Assembly: GCA_937901895.1 (NCBI GenBank)
Contig: CALGTD010000138.1
Location: forward strand, 39,688-103,687
DNA length: 64,000 nucleotides
DNA from: an uncultured Spartobacteria bacterium
GTDB lineage: Bacteria; Verrucomicrobiota; Verrucomicrobiia; Chthoniobacterales; JAATET01
Direction of reading: 5' to 3'
This document shows positions 59,654 to 64,000 of this stretch, piece after piece. The notes under the pieces are model-generated. The model searched no databases. It was given only the letters and a program-made list of their open reading frames with translations, and had not been told where the DNA came from. The position numbers and the translations under genes were made by a program. Numbering within the stretch: position 1 is the first letter of the stretch; every line of letters begins with the position of its first letter.

Positions 59654-60429
59654 TTGAGGTATTGGAAGCTGCCCCGCGGAGCGAACCGCCCGACGTTAGC
59701 TTCGGGCATGCGGTTGTCGCGAGTGGATTTGTCCATGGGTAGGAAATCGCAGGAGCCGTCGGCGAACGAGACCATCGCCATGCCGCCGTGGCGGAAATGG
59801 ACGGTCTTCTCGCGTTCGTCGATGCCATAAAACTCCTCGAGCATCGGATTGTCGGTGGTGGCCGGCGACTGGAAGGTGTTCACCTGCGCGCCGGTCGCAA
59901 AGACGACGACCTTGCCGGGATTGCTGAGATCCCAGTAGCTCATCGGCTTCTTTTTCGCGGAGGAGGTCCATCCACCGGCAAGCACGACATTGTAGGCCAC
60001 ACCGAGGTAACCGCTTTCATATTTCGATTTAAAGGCGCGACCCTTGAGGGCGAAGCTGGGATCGGGCTTGAGGCTTTGCGGGATGTAACCGGCGAGCGGT
60101 CCCTGCGAGGGATCAAATCGGCGGCGACCCTCGCCCCGGGATTTGCTTGCGTCGGACTCGAACCCAAACCACCAGCGCGTGCCGGTGGTTGCGTGCCCGG
60201 AGTCATCCACGACCGTGAATCGACTCTCGCAGTAATCCCAAAACCGGTAGTCGTTTTCCGCGAGGTAGGCGGCGGCGCCCGCGGCGAGCTGGCGGATGTT
60301 GTTCGCCGAGGTCGCCAGGCAGGACATCTCGTAGGCTTTCCACCCCGCGCCGGCGAGCATCAGAAACAGCACGGTCAGCACCGCGAGGCACGCGATGACC
60401 TCCATGAGCGTGTAGCCGCGCCTACGCAT
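59650..60429 (-). CDS. Prepilin-type N-terminal cleavage/methylation domain protein with an H-X9-DG motif (pseudopilin-like, 259 aa)
   Basis: Trimmed to the ATG at 60429 (MRRRGYTLMEVIACLAVLTVLFLML, a GYTLxE prepilin signal). The C-terminal HGGMAMVSFADGS matches H-X9-DG. Confidence 0.85.
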   Translation of the reverse strand: MRRRGYTLMEVIACLAVLTVLFLMLAGAGWKAYEMSCLATSANNIRQLAAGAAAYLAENDYRFWDYCESRFTVVDDSGHATTGTRWWFGFESDASKSRGEGRRRFDPSQGPLAGYIPQSLKPDPSFALKGRAFKSKYESGYLGVAYNVVLAGGWTSSAKKKPMSYWDLSNPGKVVVFATGAQVNTFQSPATTDNPMLEEFYGIDEREKTVHFRHGGMAMVSFADGSCDFLPMDKSTRDNRMPEANVGRFAPRGSFQYLK

Positions 60430-61063
60430 GGCGGTTCCTCCGATACCACACGAGCCCGCCTGCGCCGAGCGCGAAAAGCACGAGCACCGACGGCTCGGGA
60501 ACCGCCGCGACCGGCTGGTCGGGCGGGGCGGAGTCGAAATCCGGAGCCCACGACCAGCCATCCCAGTCGTTGTTGGACAGCTGCCGGTCCTCCATTCCCG
60601 TCTCGGCAAACGCCCATTCGTCCGGAAAAGCGTTCGAGCCGTCGGCGACATAGTAGCCCCAGAATCCTGCCGCATCCGGCTCGAACCCGCCTTGCGCGTG
60701 CTCAAGATAGTTCCACTGAAAGACGGTTTCGCCGAATCCCGGGAAGGTCTGGATGAAGAGCGTCAGGGCCGGGTCGCCCGTGCCGTCCGGCGTGGCGGGC
60801 GTGGTATTCGTTCCGATGAAGCCCGCAATCGCGCGAAGCATGTCGGCGCCCGTGGCGGTGCCATTCCAGCGGAATCCCCAGGCATAGCTCTCGGTCGTGC
60901 CGCCGTCGTTCCAGTCGATGACAAGCGCGGCGCGGTTCGAGCCGGAACCGACCCAGTAGGTGATGTCGTCGAAGGATTGGACGGTCGTGGCGGCAAACGA
61001 CGTTGCCGCGAGGGTGGCGGATACCGCGAGGGCGGTGATGGTGCGGAGAATGGAGATCTTCAT
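60422..61063 (-). CDS. PEP-CTERM sorting-domain secreted protein (213 aa)
   Basis: Trimmed to the ATG at 61063, preceded by AAAGGA (MKISILRTITALAVSATLAATSFA, a signal peptide). The C-terminus is AVPEPSVLVLFALGAGGLVWYRRNRHA. It overlaps the next gene by 8 nt (ATGCGTAG). Confidence 0.85.
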   Translation of the reverse strand: MKISILRTITALAVSATLAATSFAATTVQSFDDITYWVGSGSNRAALVIDWNDGGTTESYAWGFRWNGTATGADMLRAIAGFIGTNTTPATPDGTGDPALTLFIQTFPGFGETVFQWNYLEHAQGGFEPDAAGFWGYYVADGSNAFPDEWAFAETGMEDRQLSNNDWDGWSWAPDFDSAPPDQPVAAVPEPSVLVLFALGAGGLVWYRRNRHA

Positions 61064-61366
61064 TTTCTGTCCTTTCAGTGGCACGGGAATTGGGCTTTGC
61101 GAGAGCCAGCCTTTCTCCCGTTGCGAAAGGACTACCCCCGGCACAGACGCTTTCGCGGCGTCCCTGCCCATCTCAGGGCGGTGCGGTTTTCTCCTCCGGT
61201 TCGTGGTCGGACTTTGACCGTTGCGCGACAGTGGGGGACTTTCACCCCGCTTCCCTAGGCCGGAGGATTGGTTTGAAAAAATGGAAAGATCAGCCGCGGA
61301 GAAACTCCGCTGCCTTCGATCAAAGAAAAACGCGTTGCCGGCGTCAAGGCCGGGACGCCCTCCCGG

Positions 61367-61645
61367 TCAGGCGATCTCGTCCACGCGTTGCGCGACGTCA
61401 AAGTCCTTGGCGGTAAGACCGCCCTTCGAGTGCGTGGAGAAGCGAAGGGTGACCTTGTTCCAGCGGATGTCCACCTCCGGGTGGTGGTCGAAATCCTCCG
61501 CGATTTCCGTGATTTCATTCACGAACTCGACGGATTCCACGAAGTTCCCGAACTCGAACGTCCGCGCGATGGAATTGCCATCGAGCTTCCACTGGGGGAT
61601 GGACTTCAGCGACTGCTTGATCTCGGCATCGGTTAGGCTGGCCAT
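61367..61645 (-). CDS. Pterin-4-alpha-carbinolamine dehydratase
   Basis: 92 aa from the ATG at 61645. WKLDGNSIARTFEFGNFVESVEFVNEITEIAEDFDHHPEVDIRWNKVTLRFSTHSKGGLT is the canonical PCD/DCoH signature (DHHP). Confidence 0.92.
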   Translation of the reverse strand: MASLTDAEIKQSLKSIPQWKLDGNSIARTFEFGNFVESVEFVNEITEIAEDFDHHPEVDIRWNKVTLRFSTHSKGGLTAKDFDVAQRVDEIA

Positions 61646-61687
61646 GATCGAAGCTAGCCCGGAAATCCCATCGGGCAAGCGACGGTG

Positions 61688-62434
61688 TTACAGGCTCCGT
61701 GCCGCATCCACGATCGACCGCACCGCGGCGGTGTCGCAGATCGCGAGGCGGTATTCCCGCTCCGGCTCACCGCCGGACATGGAGACCTCCGGGTTGCGGA
61801 ATCGCATGGCGCTTTCCGTCAGGCGCGTTGGGCCGCAGTGAAACTCGGCGATTCCCGTGGCGGCGCGGATGGCCGCGAGGTTGTGCGCACGAATCCCGCC
61901 ACATGCAATCACCGCGATTCGTCCGGCAGCCAGTTCGTGGAGCTGCCGCAGGACGTCCGCTCCGGCTTCGGCGGACGGTTTCCCTCCGCTGGTCAGCACG
62001 CGCGAAACTCCGCATTGGACGAGGCTCTCGAGGGCCTCGAACGGGTCGCGCACCATGTCGAAAGCGCGGTGGAACGTCACCGGAGCAGGGGATGCGGCCT
62101 CGACGAAGGCCCGGGTTCGTGTCTCGTCGACCTGGCCGTCGGGGGTGAGAAATCCACCGACGATGCCGTGCGCGCCCCCGGCGGCGAACCATGCCGCGTC
62201 CGTGAGCATCGATGCAAATTCGTCGTCCGAATACAGAAAGTCCCCCCCGCGCGGACGGATCATCACATGGACGGGAACGGTGGCGATCCGGAGCGCTTCA
62301 CGCACCGTGCCGGGGCTTGGGGTGATGCCGCCCTCGGCAAGCGCTGCGCAGAGCTCGATACGGCCGGCTCCGGCGGTTTGAGCGGCGCGCAGCCCCTCCA
62401 ACCCCTCCACGCAGACCTCAACGAGCGGATGCAT
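61688..62434 (-). CDS. cutC: Copper homeostasis protein CutC family
   Basis: From the ATG at 62434: MHPLVEVCVEGLEGLRAAQTAGAGRIELCAALAEGGITPS...VHVMIRPRGGDFLYS...TFHRAFD, typical of CutC TIM barrels. Confidence 0.88.
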   Translation of the reverse strand: MHPLVEVCVEGLEGLRAAQTAGAGRIELCAALAEGGITPSPGTVREALRIATVPVHVMIRPRGGDFLYSDDEFASMLTDAAWFAAGGAHGIVGGFLTPDGQVDETRTRAFVEAASPAPVTFHRAFDMVRDPFEALESLVQCGVSRVLTSGGKPSAEAGADVLRQLHELAAGRIAVIACGGIRAHNLAAIRAATGIAEFHCGPTRLTESAMRFRNPEVSMSGGEPEREYRLAICDTAAVRSIVDAARSL

Positions 62435-62548
62435 CGAAATCGTTTTGGCGGAATCGCGGGCCGCGTCCACTCGAAACCGTCATAGATGCCAGGGAATGCG
62501 TTCCCCCACTGGACGCGGAACCCCGTTCGTGATTGTATGGGCGGTTCG

Positions 62549-64000
62549 ATGAGTTCCGAAAGCCAAGGCGCAAAGCCGTTAGTTGCCAACGAGGCGATCA
62601 AGTCTCAGTCCAATTTCCTGCGTGGAGAGATCGCGAAGGACGTCGCCGACACGTCCACGGGCGGGATTTCCGAGAACAGCAACCAGCTTTGCAAGTTCCA
62701 CGGACTCTACATGCAGGACGACCGCGACCTTCGCACGGAACTGAAGAAGGCCGGCAAGGAGAAGGCGTTCGCTTTCATGCTCCGCGTGCGCCTTCCCGGA
62801 GGCAAGGCGACCCCGCAGCAGTGGCTCGTGCTCGACAGCATTGCCGACGAGCTGGCGTCGCCGTCGCTCCGGCTTACCACGCGCCAGACGTTTCAGTTTC
62901 ACGGGATCCTCAAGGGTAACGTGAAGCAGGTCATCCGGAGGATGCAGAGCGTGCTGCTGGATTCCATCGCCGCCTGCGGCGACGTGAACCGCAACGTGAT
63001 GGCTCCGCCAAATCCCGAGCGTTCCCCCGTGCTCGAGCAGGTTTACCAGCACTCCCGTGCATGGAGCGAATATGCGCTCCCGAAGACGCGCGCGTATTAC
63101 GAGGTCTGGCTCGACGAGGAACTCGTGGCCGGTGGCGAAGAGGAGCCGATGTATGGTCCGACCTACCTGCCCAGAAAGTTCAAAACCGGTTTTGCGATTC
63201 CGCCGCTGAACGACGTCGACATCTTCTCGCAGGATCTCGGCTACATCGCGATCGTCGAGAACGGCGAGCTCGTGGGATACAATGTCACCGTCGGCGGAGG
63301 CCAGGGAATGAACCATGGCAATGCCGCGACCTACCCGCGTCTAGCCGATGTGCTCGGCTTTATTCCGGCGGACAGGGTGAACGCCGTGGGTGAGGCCGTC
63401 CTTACGACGCAGCGCGACTATGGCGATCGCACGAACCGCCGCCATGCGCGCCTCAAATACACGATCGACGACCGAGGGGTGGAGTGGTTCAAGGGCGAGG
63501 TCGAGCGGCGCTCCGGCGTCACGTTCGAGCCCGCACGGCCCTTTGAGTTCACCACGATCGAAGATCCGCACGGATGGCACGAGTGCGCCGATGGCACGTG
63601 GTTTTACGGCCTGCACATCCTGAGCGGGCGGATCAAGGACGTCCCCGGCTGGCCGATGAAGACGGCCCTTCGTGAGATCGCGGAGATTCACACCGGCGAT
63701 TTCCGGCTTACGCCGTCGCAGAATCTGACGATTTCCGGGGTCACGCCCGAGCAGAAGCCGAAGATCGACGAGATCCTCGCCCGTCACGGACTCTCCGCGG
63801 AAAACAACCGCTCGCGTCTGCGCCTGAATGCGCTTTCGTGCGTGGCGTTGCCCACCTGCGGCCTCGCGCTGGCAGAGAGTGAGCGCGCCCTGCCGGATCT
63901 CCTTTCGAAATTCGAAACCGTGCTCGAGGAGGCGGGACTCAAGGATGACGCGATCAGCCTGCGCATCACGGGCTGCCCGAATGGCTGCGCCCGCCCGTAT
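62549..64000 (+). CDS. cysI: Assimilatory sulfite reductase hemoprotein (siroheme/4Fe-4S), N-terminal 484 aa; it continues past the right edge
   Basis: Not in the ORF track because it is open at the window edge. Translation from the ATG at 62549 reads MSSESQGAKPLVANEAIKSQSNFLRGEIAKDV...CKFHGLYMQDDRD...LRLTTRQTFQFHGILK...YLPRKFKTGFAIPP...CVALPTCGLALAESER...ITGCPNGCARPY. Confidence 0.93.
   Translation, partial: MSSESQGAKPLVANEAIKSQSNFLRGEIAKDVADTSTGGISENSNQLCKFHGLYMQDDRDLRTELKKAGKEKAFAFMLRVRLPGGKATPQQWLVLDSIADELASPSLRLTTRQTFQFHGILKGNVKQVIRRMQSVLLDSIAACGDVNRNVMAPPNPERSPVLEQVYQHSRAWSEYALPKTRAYYEVWLDEELVAGGEEEPMYGPTYLPRKFKTGFAIPPLNDVDIFSQDLGYIAIVENGELVGYNVTVGGGQGMNHGNAATYPRLADVLGFIPADRVNAVGEAVLTTQRDYGDRTNRRHARLKYTIDDRGVEWFKGEVERRSGVTFEPARPFEFTTIEDPHGWHECADGTWFYGLHILSGRIKDVPGWPMKTALREIAEIHTGDFRLTPSQNLTISGVTPEQKPKIDEILARHGLSAENNRSRLRLNALSCVALPTCGLALAESERALPDLLSKFETVLEEAGLKDDAISLRITGCPNGCARPY

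Noticed and set aside
61079-61100. TGGCAC on the plus strand (TGGCACgggaaTTGGGcTTTGC), resembling a sigma54 -24 box.
   Set aside because: No GC dinucleotide lies at the required 10-nt spacing from the GG. The orientation also points away from the only nearby gene start, since the genes to the right are on the minus strand.

Overview
GC-rich (by eye above 60%) chromosomal segment carrying about 55 protein genes. I saw no rRNA, tRNA, CRISPR array, transposase or integrase. The gene content points to a Verrucomicrobiota-like (Opitutae-type) genome, which is an inference only: two PEP-CTERM proteins, an H-X9-DG prepilin-like protein, a GH92 mannosidase, an anaerobic sulfatase maturase and an ELWxxDGT repeat protein.

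Housekeeping blocks:
- partial asnB plus a GT2 glycosyltransferase
- a complete F1Fo ATP synthase operon, atpBEFHAGDC (2795-9411)
- a DUF485-actP acetate permease pair
- metH, a KefC-like antiporter, a pterin dehydratase, cutC and partial cysI

Accessory blocks:
- a FUSC / AaeX / AaeA-like efflux set
- a roughly 10.5 kb co-directional run on the minus strand: TetR, RND adaptor, RND pump, fabH, GNAT, CBS-pyrophosphatase, GH92
- an ankyrin-YkuD fusion
- two tandem paralogous alpha/beta hydrolases

Two clusters look like the best candidates for an undescribed system:
1. 37.7-46.6 kb: a divergent HTH regulator, a YqiJ/NfeD-like membrane protein, a flotillin, a 1,677-aa protein with a single MoxR/AAA_5-like ATPase module, and a lipoprotein.
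2. 50.0-52.4 kb: three genes joined by GTGA start/stop overlaps, namely a small membrane protein, a radical-SAM enzyme resembling the tetraether-lipid-synthase family, and an Lgt-like diacylglyceryl transferase.

Other notable points are an ELWxxDGT gene broken by two homopolymer frameshifts, a 3 x 21-bp phased direct repeat upstream of a PEP-CTERM gene, and several hairpins and palindromes in intergenic regions.

All family calls come from motif and architecture recognition by eye. No database search was run.
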